64,000 nucleotides of DNA from Candidatus Latescibacterota bacterium (GTDB taxonomy: Bacteria > Latescibacterota > UBA2968 > GCA-2709665). The stretch is from contig OZ250150.1 of NCBI GenBank assembly GCA_965237675.1, forward strand, positions 3,968,001-4,032,000, given 5' to 3'. The notes beneath the pieces are model-generated. The model saw nothing but the letters and a program-made list of their open reading frames with translations, did not search any database and had not been told where the DNA came from. The position numbers and the translations under genes were made by a program. Shown piece by piece: positions 21,401 to 30,800 of this stretch. Every line of letters begins with the position of its first letter. Within the stretch, counting starts at the first letter, position 1.

Positions 21401-22089
21401 GTGCTTCCCCTACCTAGAATTGCCTTAAGTTCGGTGAGATCCTCAGTGACAATCGGCTGAGTTGGATCAATGGGTTCGGATTCAAGGTCTTCTGCGGTTA
21501 AGGCCGGCACAAAGGCATCGACGTATTTCTCCAGACTATCGTAGTAATCTATAAATGAGCGCTGCATGCATGCCTGCGAAAAGTCTCTGTCGGCACTCAC
21601 GACGGCAATATTTGCATCGTACACTTGGTAGTAATGTTCCAATGCACTAAGTATAAAGGCATCAGGGAATTCCTTATGCTTTTTCTCTGAAAATGGCGCT
21701 TCGATGGAAAAATACCAGCCCACTACATCATTCAAATCTCCAACAAGCGGCAGTTGTTCAACGGTAAAATGTCCTTTGAATGCTTCCCATTGACGCCTCA
21801 GTACAGAAAGACACTTGGCCTCCATTTCTCCAGTCGGAGGTAAGTCGCCTAACGAAAGTTCGCTAACCGGATGGGTCTTATGGGCTTTTTCAAGGGCAAC
21901 AGCGGAATCTCTCGCTCTTTTTTGGTAGTGGCGCAAGAGTTCTCGCTCCATCATTTCGGGTATCAATAGCCGAAGCCCACCTTTCACGAACGTCTCCTTC
22001 AACATACCAAACCCACCTGTATCCAGACGTAGGTTATTTCTTTTGAAGACTTCAGTATCGATATAAAGTGATGTGGGTACGTGTCTCAT
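18421..22089 (-). CDS. Large protein: N-terminal PIN-like (DUF4935-type) domain plus ~1000-aa helical region; putative anti-phage protein
   Basis: 1222-aa ORF; LYIDTEVF, E.ELL, KEFPDAFILSAL, VVSADRDF give the PIN acidic residues; lower GC than host genes. Confidence 0.75.
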   Translation of the reverse strand: MRHVPTSLYIDTEVFKRNNLRLDTGGFGMLKETFVKGGLRLLIPEMMERELLRHYQKRARDSAVALEKAHKTHPVSELSLGDLPPTGEMEAKCLSVLRRQWEAFKGHFTVEQLPLVGDLNDVVGWYFSIEAPFSEKKHKEFPDAFILSALEHYYQVYDANIAVVSADRDFSQACMQRSFIDYYDSLEKYVDAFVPALTAEDLESEPIDPTQPIVTEDLTELKAILGRGSTATSIETNRALKLLRSRGENYRYFFLYTTDPIWLDPLRQNGYFKDPPNVVASADGNIQYPFWPELRYLKNICNDATKEVIQEIIQIVLQLPSVDNPRVYSDILDIVLELDSEQSVLLKNKMLEYAKLENQFFPFKFPQVLAYWTAEGQTDAALELANLLVQFVPDPNAVEKQKQERQLNVDGNSSVEDEIASMMTLLRPLPRFNENYQDILDEGVRPLAEKEPYKVARTLIDATSNMIRLGMHQEDLESGRSSDYSDIWCPRLKDPKREHPDLDESLVHTLTHACEKVYELEIESIEALDNALRDARWDVFKRLRQHLYAFCPSEQTKPWIQEMVRTHSDYGRREHKYEFQRMIRLACNHFGEELLTEDKRSQIFDAILNGPPEEDFREWMGDQFTKTEFERRKKRFHRQQLRPFATILFGKYLDNFKRLVADDDEDEITDASYPPDSQSKGGWVSSRSPVSSEELMNLSDGELLDYINEWQDEHWDSNDGATEINVGALAGAFQTVFKDSIIPCSERLNFWITNRDSILRPIYVRMIVDAMRDDVAGRNFVRLVQWLEFCEWVLSHEDPENEEADRFGRTGDESSESPNWRHSRRAVCDFVEACIKLDVDLPLSFRGKLGKLLEVLCTQYDWRLDNDNPVLLNRDDQFAEAINTTRGSAVDILVKFGLWVLRHDDKADVPEVTAILEQRLGSESKYPFALPEHAVLGMRFGCLFQLDAEWGASRKSRLFPQHDMESWRVAFGYFMRYNRPCSPIFDKLRGDFEFALDHLGSLGEQKGIGRELTVKLGQHLFTYYLWDVYPLKGDQSLLERYYLKTDGVRNHWATLFNYVGNSLRNTGKQLETGLKQRIVAFFESRLKAGDPMELREFAAWLKAECLDAEWRLDAFSEVLDVDGILDETGTLEEGRVEHPRTWLPHEVTRSMPTLLPMHTPPVVACFAKLTDALPSSGRFSIPTSDAKIILKAGLDHDDEDVRENARRARENLLRRGYFSVMD

Positions 22090-22365
22090 GTGGACAAATA
22101 TCCAGATAAACGGTCAATCTCGAGAATTGAAGGAAGATTTCGATTGAAATGGGTCCGGGTTCTATCGCATCTAATGGGTCACACTGACACTCCGAAAATG
22201 AAGACCGGCGGACCAATTGACCCGGGGCTAATTTTGTTAACTAATTCTTCGATGTAATCGTAAGAATTGAATTCACGACCCCACCCCGTGCGGGATTCAC
22301 CTTGAGAGCAGATGAGGTTACCTGGCCCTTACCGATCATGCGTACTCCGTGTCATGTTCGCATCC

Positions 22366-23352
22366 CTAAACCCCGACTCCACGTAATTCGTTTCCGAGGA
22401 TGAGATTCTCTGGGGCGGGAACCCAATTGTCATCAGTGGGAAGGAGCAGTTGAACTCTAAGTTGCCGCTTGTACCGTTGGAGTCCCTCTGCCCTCCCCAT
22501 TTTTCGCAGATGCCTGGCCCGCGCAGAGTTCAAGTGGATTGAGTAGTCGCCATCGACGTACAGTAGTCCCGTGTCGTACGATCGATGATGAAGAGTGCAG
22601 AGGGCTAAACCATTGCTGACGGCATCAAGGCCTTTTGGATGAGCATGAGGGACAATGTGGGCAGCATCCACAAGATCCAATTGAATCCCACACATCGCAC
22701 AGGTATGGGCATATCCCTCCAACACCATTTGCCTGAATTGGGGGCTTCGAGGATACGCAATACTGGATATAGTGACTCTTTGTCTGTTTACCTCAACTGG
22801 TCGGTGAAGGGGCTGTCCGAGTGAAGTCTCACAATGGACCGCGAACAACTCCTGGAGCTCCATGTCGGCGGCTTGATGAAGTACTGATGAGTTTTCAACG
22901 TACAAGCCGATTAGATCGGGACGAAAGTTTATCACGTTTTGCCCGTCAGTGTCGATATACGCAGAGAGTCCTTTTGTTAAAGCCGTACGCATTGATGATA
23001 GACGAGTATAAATGGAAAACCGTTGAGCTCGCGGGTTACGATCCACGAATCTATCAGGATCCCATGCACTGAACGCCTTCACATCTGCCGAGAATCCGAA
23101 GACCAATACAGTGTCGCCGGTTTGCTTTTCGTTGTTTAATTTCGTTGGCAGATAGCCTGGGCACTGGATCCGATATTCATCTGGATCAGTGCGATTAGCA
23201 AAGTGGATGTTACCAATGAATACTGAAAGATACCGTCCTTTATAGTAAAATCGGTACGGGTTAACTCCACCGGCGAAGTAGACAGCAGGCGTTTGCTGGC
23301 GGAGGGCGTCGAATAACGCATGAAAAAGGTCGGTCTTGTCGAGTAGCGTCAT
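22366..23352 (-). CDS. HNH endonuclease with N-terminal methylase-associated (MTaX1-like) domain
   Basis: FRQMVLEGYAHTCAMCG...DAAHIVP...NGLALCTLHHRSYD (HNH_2 type); N-terminal DEYRIQ...VFGF...FSAWD; ATG 23352. Confidence 0.82.
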   Translation of the reverse strand: MTLLDKTDLFHALFDALRQQTPAVYFAGGVNPYRFYYKGRYLSVFIGNIHFANRTDPDEYRIQCPGYLPTKLNNEKQTGDTVLVFGFSADVKAFSAWDPDRFVDRNPRAQRFSIYTRLSSMRTALTKGLSAYIDTDGQNVINFRPDLIGLYVENSSVLHQAADMELQELFAVHCETSLGQPLHRPVEVNRQRVTISSIAYPRSPQFRQMVLEGYAHTCAMCGIQLDLVDAAHIVPHAHPKGLDAVSNGLALCTLHHRSYDTGLLYVDGDYSIHLNSARARHLRKMGRAEGLQRYKRQLRVQLLLPTDDNWVPAPENLILGNELRGVGV

Positions 23353-23371
23353 TTCCGATAAGCCTCGTTGA

Positions 23372-26300
23372 TCAAACTGACGAAATCTTTTCGACGATTT
23401 GAAAATCAATCGAGTATGTCGACGATATCCATTCATCAATTTCGTGCAAACGGCGATCCGCGGACAAGTCAGTAAGGCTTGATGGCATGAATCGTTCCTT
23501 TATCGAAGTAGGTATATTCTTCTCACCGGCATCCCGGTTTATACCGCGCACGAGTGAAACGAATGAGAACAACTCTTTAAGATCAACCCAACTTGCACCA
23601 ATTCCTGAAAGGAACACGAAGTCGGCCCTTCTCGTTAGCGACGATAGTCTTTGGTAGTTGAAATTGCCGATGTATTTGCCGGCGTTCTTCTTGAAGACAA
23701 GTGCAGAATATCTATAATTGTTCAGCACCTCTCCGATGATTGCCAATCGATGCAAATGATCCTTTGGGATCGAAGTGACCGGTGCAACGAGATCCTCAAG
23801 TAACCAATTTGTGACGTGGAATCCATCACCCCTCGTTAGCCAATACCAGAAACCCGCGTCGCCCCCTGTGATCGCGAGAGCCGCGAAGGCCTCCTCTTTC
23901 GAACCCAACGTCACCCAGCCGGATTGCGACGGAACATGAACACTTCGGCCATCGGGGTGCAATACTGGTGGCGGCTCAATATACGTGGAGATGAAATTGC
24001 GCGCGGTTGGCGAGAATCCCAACTTGACAGATTCACCACGTAGACCGTGTCCGGAAGTTAAAACTGAAGTAGAAAACTGATTGTGCATTGCTAATAATTT
24101 CGCTCCAAAACGGTTCGTTAGGCGGGGAATGCCGAAAGTTTCGTTCGGCATCACATCATCGACTTTGTTGTAGGATATATTGTCCAACAGATAATCACGA
24201 TAGGCTGCGCGCCACCTGTATAGACGGGTAGCAAACGAACCGATTTTTCGCGCGGAGGTAGTTAGCCAGATTGTGCATCTCTGGCTAACTCCAGAAAACA
24301 GTGCGGCCGGTATGTTATCGAACGAAGAAAACCAGTGAGTCCCGCTGTTGGCCAAAAGTTCACGTAGACCTGAAAATTCAAAGCTAAATGTCGTTGAAAG
24401 AGGAACAATTAACCCACGGCGTCCGCACCGGCTTGTTATGCGGTGTGATTGTACGACCACGTAACCATAAATATCGGGGAATCTTAAGCTCGTGGTAGAC
24501 CGTACTCTATAACCAACCGACTTGCGGTTTACGTAGGGAGGATTTCCGACAATCACGTCAAATCCGCCCTGTCGCATGATGCCGTAGAATTCGACAAACC
24601 AATGGAATGGCTGGTGACTGATACGCCATTGCTCATAGGAAGCCGTGTCGCTTTCTTGAACGCCGTACTCGCTTGCCAAATATCGGTCCAATTGTTGACG
24701 CAGATCATCTAATCGTCTTCGCAATTCTAACTTCGCATTGACGAAAGCACCGGCGTCCATGTTCAAGCCGATCTGCATCGTGTGGAATATGCGAAAAGCC
24801 CGGTTTGCTAATTCTGTGCGTTCTTCGATATCAGGAAGAGATTGTTCCTTAAACAAATCGCCCCTTACAGCCCGTCTCACATCGCCCAGAGACGTAAAAC
24901 CTACCAATGTGTTTCCCGCGCGGATGTTGAAATCGATGTCGGGCAGTGGCTCAATCTGTTCGTAGCTTTCCAGTTGCGCAACGAGTTTCAAGAAGAGGCG
25001 CAATTTACAGATCTCTACGGCCTCTTCCATGATGTCCACCCCATAGAGATTGTTGATAATGATGGACTTGAGTATGAAGTAGCGTTCGCTGGGATGGGAT
25101 TCGACCTGTTCCAGTATCTTTCGAAAGTCGCTCATTTTCTCGGGGCGGTGTTTACGCTTAGAGCGCTTCAGATCGTCCAGTAGCCCCCGCATAACCTCAA
25201 GGCAGGCAATGTAGCCGGGCTCCAGGATGTTGAGCGCCGCGAACAGGAACGCGCCGGAGCCGCAGGTAGGATCCAGAATCGAGACGGTGGTAAGCCCTTT
25301 CCAGAAAGCACGGATCAATTCGGGGCCCTCGCTCCCGCGGATGACGTCCTCCGCGAATTGCTCAATGTCAAGATTATACGTGATCAGGTCGTTGATGGCT
25401 GTGACCTGACCCGAAGCGAGTTTGGCGTATACCTCCTCGTAGTGGCGGCGGCGTGCGACGTGTTCGCGCCAGGTTTCCGTTGGCAGGGCATAGTCGCTTG
25501 TCGTAGGTTCATTCCAGCCGTCGCGTTTCGAGACGTCGTCCAGTCCTGCTGCTATCTCCTTAGGCAGGTCACGTTCTTGCTTGAGGGTTTCGTTCTTGTG
25601 AATATCGTACGTGATCCCGTGACGGACCGCCTCGTAGAGATACCGGTCCGGCTCGTCCTCTAACAGAGACCACACGCCGCCGCCGGGCCTGAAGGCAATC
25701 GGACAGGCCTTTTTTGCTCGGTCGAACAGGAACGGGATGACGGTGTTGCGGCTGATGTATCCGGTGATATCCTCTTTGGTGTAGTAGGCCCCCATCTGCT
25801 TCTGGTTGATGTATTTCTCGAAGATGTAACCGAGCACGTCGGGGTTGATTTCGTTGTCCTTGCGCAGCGTCCGGTCATCCAGGTGCCACGTATAGGCGTC
25901 GAAGAAGTCAAAGATTCTCTCGAACGCTTCATCGGGGATTTGGATATCCGGATTGTCCTGCTCCAGATCGTGCATGTCAAACAGGCCGCCGTTAAGAAAT
26001 GGCACCTTACCGAGCAACGCTGCCAACTCCGGGGGGCGATTCTCCTCCGGTTGCCCAAGACCGTCATGGAACAACCTCAATAAAAACAGCCGGTAGAAAC
26101 TGTTGAATCGCCCGTTTCCATATTGCTGCCGCACCCTTTGGAGCCGGTCCCGGAGGTATTCGGTGTTGTTGTCGAGGAACCCGCGTTTTTGAATGAAGTA
26201 GATGAACATCATTCGATTCAACATCAGCGAAGCATACCACTCGCGGTCCGCCCGTTCTCCGATTCCCTCAATGAAACCCAGAAAGTCCTGTTGTTCCTTC

Positions 26301-26821
26301 TTAAAGCGGTCGTAAAACCGTTTTGTGACCTTTTCTACGTCGAAGGCCGCGCGAACCCGGCCAGATACGTCGACGATGGTAAGGTCATCTTCATCGTTCA
26401 GTGTAAAGGCGATTTTTTCGAGCTTTTGAATGAGGCGCTCACCGGTATCCCTGCGGCGGTACGATTCCGAACGTTGCCGGTCGGGACGACTGGGTTCACG
26501 TTTCACCCATTGCCAGGATTGTTCCTTCCTGTCGTGCGTAGCATAAACGATGATGTGTTCGCGGACCTCTTTTGCAACGGCTTTTTCGATTTTTCTGCGG
26601 GTGGAATGGTCCGGAAACGTAGTCTCGGAGTCGGCGACGAACTGGTAGGCAACCATGCCTCGTTTGTGCGCGACGGCTTCGAGGGCGAAAGACTGCTCAC
26701 CTGCGTTAATGACTGTATCGGTGCCTCCATGGTCCCAGCCGAGTTCTTCGATGAAGAGGGTGCGGAGGTCGAAATTCTCGAGATGCATCCTGACTTTGTT
26801 TCTATTCAGTTTCGTCGGCAT
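23372..26821 (-). CDS. Eco57I-like N6-adenine DNA methyltransferase with C-terminal target-recognition region
   Basis: PFLNGGLF, LGYIFEKYIN..GAYYT, motif I DPTCGSGAFL, YGVDI..EAVEI, motif IV VGNPPY. Confidence 0.92.
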   Translation of the reverse strand: MPTKLNRNKVRMHLENFDLRTLFIEELGWDHGGTDTVINAGEQSFALEAVAHKRGMVAYQFVADSETTFPDHSTRRKIEKAVAKEVREHIIVYATHDRKEQSWQWVKREPSRPDRQRSESYRRRDTGERLIQKLEKIAFTLNDEDDLTIVDVSGRVRAAFDVEKVTKRFYDRFKKEQQDFLGFIEGIGERADREWYASLMLNRMMFIYFIQKRGFLDNNTEYLRDRLQRVRQQYGNGRFNSFYRLFLLRLFHDGLGQPEENRPPELAALLGKVPFLNGGLFDMHDLEQDNPDIQIPDEAFERIFDFFDAYTWHLDDRTLRKDNEINPDVLGYIFEKYINQKQMGAYYTKEDITGYISRNTVIPFLFDRAKKACPIAFRPGGGVWSLLEDEPDRYLYEAVRHGITYDIHKNETLKQERDLPKEIAAGLDDVSKRDGWNEPTTSDYALPTETWREHVARRRHYEEVYAKLASGQVTAINDLITYNLDIEQFAEDVIRGSEGPELIRAFWKGLTTVSILDPTCGSGAFLFAALNILEPGYIACLEVMRGLLDDLKRSKRKHRPEKMSDFRKILEQVESHPSERYFILKSIIINNLYGVDIMEEAVEICKLRLFLKLVAQLESYEQIEPLPDIDFNIRAGNTLVGFTSLGDVRRAVRGDLFKEQSLPDIEERTELANRAFRIFHTMQIGLNMDAGAFVNAKLELRRRLDDLRQQLDRYLASEYGVQESDTASYEQWRISHQPFHWFVEFYGIMRQGGFDVIVGNPPYVNRKSVGYRVRSTTSLRFPDIYGYVVVQSHRITSRCGRRGLIVPLSTTFSFEFSGLRELLANSGTHWFSSFDNIPAALFSGVSQRCTIWLTTSARKIGSFATRLYRWRAAYRDYLLDNISYNKVDDVMPNETFGIPRLTNRFGAKLLAMHNQFSTSVLTSGHGLRGESVKLGFSPTARNFISTYIEPPPVLHPDGRSVHVPSQSGWVTLGSKEEAFAALAITGGDAGFWYWLTRGDGFHVTNWLLEDLVAPVTSIPKDHLHRLAIIGEVLNNYRYSALVFKKNAGKYIGNFNYQRLSSLTRRADFVFLSGIGASWVDLKELFSFVSLVRGINRDAGEKNIPTSIKERFMPSSLTDLSADRRLHEIDEWISSTYSIDFQIVEKISSV

Positions 26822-26916
26822 TAGGATCGTCCGGATTGTTGTGTTGGTATTGGATTTAATCGGGCGAGGAGTAACCGCACGAGAACTGACGTGTCAATCC
26901 CGAAGCGAAGGGTCAT
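26821..26916 (-). pseudogene. Truncated PIN/VapC toxin (first ~17 codons only)
   Basis: Manual translation MTLRFGIDTSVLVRLLLAR...stop; overlaps the AbrB gene end; its TAA overlaps the methyltransferase ATG. Confidence 0.7.
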
Positions 26917-27136
26917 ACGATTGCTCCCGGAAGTCCTGGAGATCAAACGTCCCATGTCCGCGCCGGATCTTATCGCGCAACGTCCCGAGACGGGAATGAT
27001 CGATGCGTCTGGGCCTCAGGGCGAACCCGTCGGGCCCTTCTACGATTTCGAGTTGGTCTCCCGGGCCGACCCCCAGAGCGTCCAGCACCCGCTGAGGAAG
27101 GGTGACCTGGCGTTTTGAAGTGATTTTGACAATCAA
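26894..27136 (-). CDS. AbrB/MazE/SpoVT-family antitoxin
   Basis: VKITSKRQVTLPQRVLDALGVGPGDQLEI; probable TTG start at 27136. Confidence 0.88.
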   Translation of the reverse strand: MIVKITSKRQVTLPQRVLDALGVGPGDQLEIVEGPDGFALRPRRIDHSRLGTLRDKIRRGHGTFDLQDFREQSYDPSLRD

Positions 27137-27156
27137 GGGAAATCGGCTGAGAGTCA

Positions 27157-27224
27157 TTGGACTACGAAATACGCGAAATGGGGTGAGTGGCGTTGGACTA
27201 CGAAAAATACGAAAAAAGGGGAAA
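27157..27224 (+). repeat. Two tandem arms of ~9-bp units (TTGG-ACTACGAAA-...), downstream flank of the GxxExxY gene
   Basis: TTGGACTACGAAA at 27157 and 27193, each followed by further ..CGAAA/GAAA units; inverted relative to 27623-27650. Confidence 0.75.
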
Positions 27225-27232
27225 GATGTGGC

Positions 27233-27619
27233 TTATAATTCGTTTACGAAACGTTCGTATTCCAGTCCTGGATGATGGCCGAAATTGACGAGCAGGCCGA
27301 GTTTCACACCTGTTGATTTCACGTAGTTGATGACTTGTGCGCGATGTTCATCTTTCAATTGTTTCACTGCCTTGATTTCCACAATAATTCTGTCGAAACA
27401 GAAAAAATCAGGCTGGTAAAACTGCTTCAACGCCTGTCCTTTGTAATGAAGTTTCAAATCTATCTTCTCCTTGTACGGGATCGCCGAAGAAGTGAATTCC
27501 ATTGCAAGACACTCCTGGTAAACTGCTTCAAGAAAGCCGGCTCCTTTTTCTTTGTACACTTCAAAGCAGGCACCGATAATCCGATAGCTTTCCTCTTTGT
27601 AGACGATTTTTCCAGTCAT
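27233..27619 (-). CDS. GxxExxY protein (PD-(D/E)XK-like nuclease fold)
   Basis: 128 aa; IIGACFEVY...GFLEAVYQECL...PDF...IIVEIKA...AQVINY...GLLVNFG. Confidence 0.93.
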   Translation of the reverse strand: MTGKIVYKEESYRIIGACFEVYKEKGAGFLEAVYQECLAMEFTSSAIPYKEKIDLKLHYKGQALKQFYQPDFFCFDRIIVEIKAVKQLKDEHRAQVINYVKSTGVKLGLLVNFGHHPGLEYERFVNEL

Positions 27620-27830
27620 ACATTTCGCGCCCTTTCGCGACTTTCGTAGTTAATCAAGCCCATAGAGCAGATGATTCGGGGCTCCCGCGGTTCATCCTCC
27701 ACCTCGAGAACGCGAGCCCCTCTTTACCGACGATTTTTCCAGTCATACATTTCGCGTCTTTTCGCGACTTTCGTAGTTAATCAAGCCCATAGAGCAGATG
27801 ATTCGCGGTTCATCAGGTTCATCCTCACCG
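27602..27830. repeat. Imperfect ~100-bp direct duplication (127-bp period) of the helicase 3' end plus GxxExxY start
   Basis: GACGATTTTTCCAGTCATACATTTCGCG...TTTCGTAGTTAATCAAGCCCATAGAGCAGATGATTCG at 27602 and 27729. Confidence 0.9.
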
Positions 27831-30800
27831 TGGATGATGCAAAGCCGCCCATCCTCCCGCATTTCGATGACCAGTCCGGCGAGATCATCGTCAGAGATTC
27901 CGCTGCGCAATTGGCGGTTCAGCGTATCCACCGCGGATTGGCGCAGCGGATATCGGTATATCTCGCCCACTGTCCTGCGAAGTTGTTCTGTATCGAAGAG
28001 TGTGCCCTCGACCCTCTCGGCGTGATTCTTAAGCCGTTCATAGGTGCGGAAGCGCGCACCCGAGGGTCGTCCCAGTTGGCCGCCGACCTGTTTCTCCTCC
28101 TTAGCTATGCGTTCAGCGGCTTTTCGTACAAGATCGTGATGGGTTTCGTGCCGGGGAAGCGCCGGTGTATTCGGTTTGCATTCGGCGGCCCGGAGAATCT
28201 CGAATTGGCTTTCGGTGACGCTGCCCCCTTCGCGATCCATCCACGCGAGGGCATCGTTGCCCTGTGATGTACGCATGTATACAAGAACACCGTCCTCCCG
28301 GTCCTGTGTATGTACGCCGGATTTGGAGGAATGGACGACGTGAGGCATCTCCTCCACCTTTTTCTTCAGCGGCGGATCGGCAGTCGTGGCGTTTCTCCAG
28401 ATCTGGTAGGCATACGACGCAAGATCCACCTCGGAATCGTCATCGCCATCGAGGACTCCGGTCTGTTCGTTATATAGATCGACCACCGCAAGAGTGTCCT
28501 CGTCCTCAAAAAAGGCTTCGTCGGTTCCCACCACTTCGGCGTTCTGTTCGAGGCGTTGCCGTACCCGGGCTCGCAGCCGAATCAGACGTTCGATGCCCTC
28601 CGCGGGTAGGAAGGAATAGCAGAGGATGTTCGGCGCCGATTGACCGATGCGGTCCACGCGTCCGGCTCTTTGGATCAGCCGGATAATCGCCCACGGCAGG
28701 TCGTAATTTACGACAATGGCGCAGTCCTGAAGGTTCTGTCCCTCGCTCAACACATCCGTGGCAACCAGCACCCGGAGTTCCTCCTCCGGCGCGATCTGCC
28801 CGCCTTTCTCGTTGCTCTTGGGACTGAACCGCCAGGCCAACCGCGTGGGATCCGTGGAGTCGCCAGTAACGCCGGACAGCCGTTCGACGCCTCCACCCTT
28901 TAGCTGACGTTCCAGGTATTGCACGGTGTCGGCGAACTGAGTAAAGACCAGAACCTTCTCGCGTGGATGTCTATCCCCAAGGATCTTTTGCAAAGCGGCA
29001 AGCTTGGCGTCGAGTGACGGAATCCATTCACCGAATTCCTCCAACATTTCTCGTAACGTTCTCGCATCCGTCACCAGGGCTTCCCGAAGAGTCTCGTCGA
29101 AATGACGCGGGCTCAGCCAGCGAAATCGCCTTCTGTATCGTTCGCGGTAGGCATCGTAGACTTGTGTGGCGTGCCGCCGGAAGTCTTCTTCGGTTCTCAG
29201 AACGTGCTGTGTCTGAACTTCGCCGTCTCCGTCCTCTTCTTCTTCGAAAATGTCGCCGGCAGCGCCGTCCGGATCCGCGTCGAAAGATTGAGGGTCCAGA
29301 AGCCCTGCGTCGGTTGTCCCGATCGGTAAATCCAGACCGTTTTCGATGGCATGGATAAAGATGAAATTTCTCAGCACATGTCGCTCAACCGAGAGCTGGA
29401 ACGAATGACCGCTGCTTTCAAGGCGTTTGAACAGGTTGGTACGGCAGAACCCCATGAGGCGCCTGCCGGCGCGCGACAGGTCTTGCAGGATCCGGTCCTC
29501 AGTCGACGATGGCGGCGGATCGGCCGCGGAGGTCAAGTAGTTTGCCAGACCGTAACGCGGGAGCTCCAACCCATTGATCGCGGATACAACGTTTTCGTCA
29601 AAGAGCCGAGCATATTGTTTGTCGATATTGAAACCGACGGTTCTGGGAACGCGGACGGGAAAATAGGATCGGGTACCGTCCTCAAATGTCAGATACTTGC
29701 GGCCCTTGGCCGGATCCATCTCGGCATAGTTTTCCTGGATGAAGCTGCGCGTGCGTCGTACAAGGTAGAGTCGCATCAATTCACGCCAGTCGTCGGTATA
29801 TTCCGAATGGTCGAATGCCGCAAGCGACCGGACAGATGCCTGGTGGCGACGAATGAACTCGGTTTCGCCGATCTCTCGCAACAGGCGTTCGGGACGAATG
29901 CCCAGGTCTTCATTGTCAGAAACAAACAATCGGATCTGGTTTGAGAGATCCTGGTACGTCTTGTTATATGGCGTAGCCGAAAGCAGGATGCACTTGCTTT
30001 CATTCTCCGCGATGTATTCCTGGATTGCCCGGTATCGCTTGCCCTCACGGTTCCTTAGATTATGACTCTCGTCAATCACCACGAGGCGATACCGGCGCAT
30101 GTCGGGAAGTTCCCGGGTCGCGCGGCTGATCGAAAGAACCCGGGCGCGCATCCGATACTCTTCGCGATAATCCTCCCACATCGGCACCAGGTTCTTTGGG
30201 CAGATAATCAGCGTTTCAACCCCATAATCGTCTTCAAACACCCGCGCCAAAGCCGTGGCCATCAGCGTTTTACCGAGCCCCACCACATCGCCGATAATGA
30301 CGCCGCCGCGTTTGTTCAGGTGATGTGCGGCGATCTTCACGGCGGCCACCTGGAAGTCGAGAAGCTTATTCCCGAAATCTCTCGGTATACGGAATTCCGT
30401 CAGACCCGCTCGGGCTTCCTGCGACAGGTGATAAGCCATCTTCACGTAAATATGGTACGGTGGGATCAACCGCGGCCCCGCCCAACTCTCATCGATGATT
30501 TGTGCCAGTTCCTCGGATATATCGACGCACCAACGGTCGGACCACCGATCTTCAAACCATTTTTCGAGCTTAGTGCAGGCATCGTGATCCATCACGTCGA
30601 CGTTCAACTCTCCCTGCCCGGAAAGGCCGGATTGGGTAAGATTGCTACTGCCCAGGTACCCCACTTTAGGGTTGATGGGATCCGAGCGGAACAGCATGTA
30701 GAGCTTTGCATGAAGCGGATGCCTGAGGAAGAGCTTTACGACTACCTTTTTCGTCTTGATCTGCATTGACAACCTGCGGAGGCCGGCCTCGTCCGCGTTG

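Noticed and set aside
22090-22365. Possible ncRNA or repeat in the gap between the HNH and PIN genes
   Set aside because: Only short weak palindromes; consistent with a promoter region.
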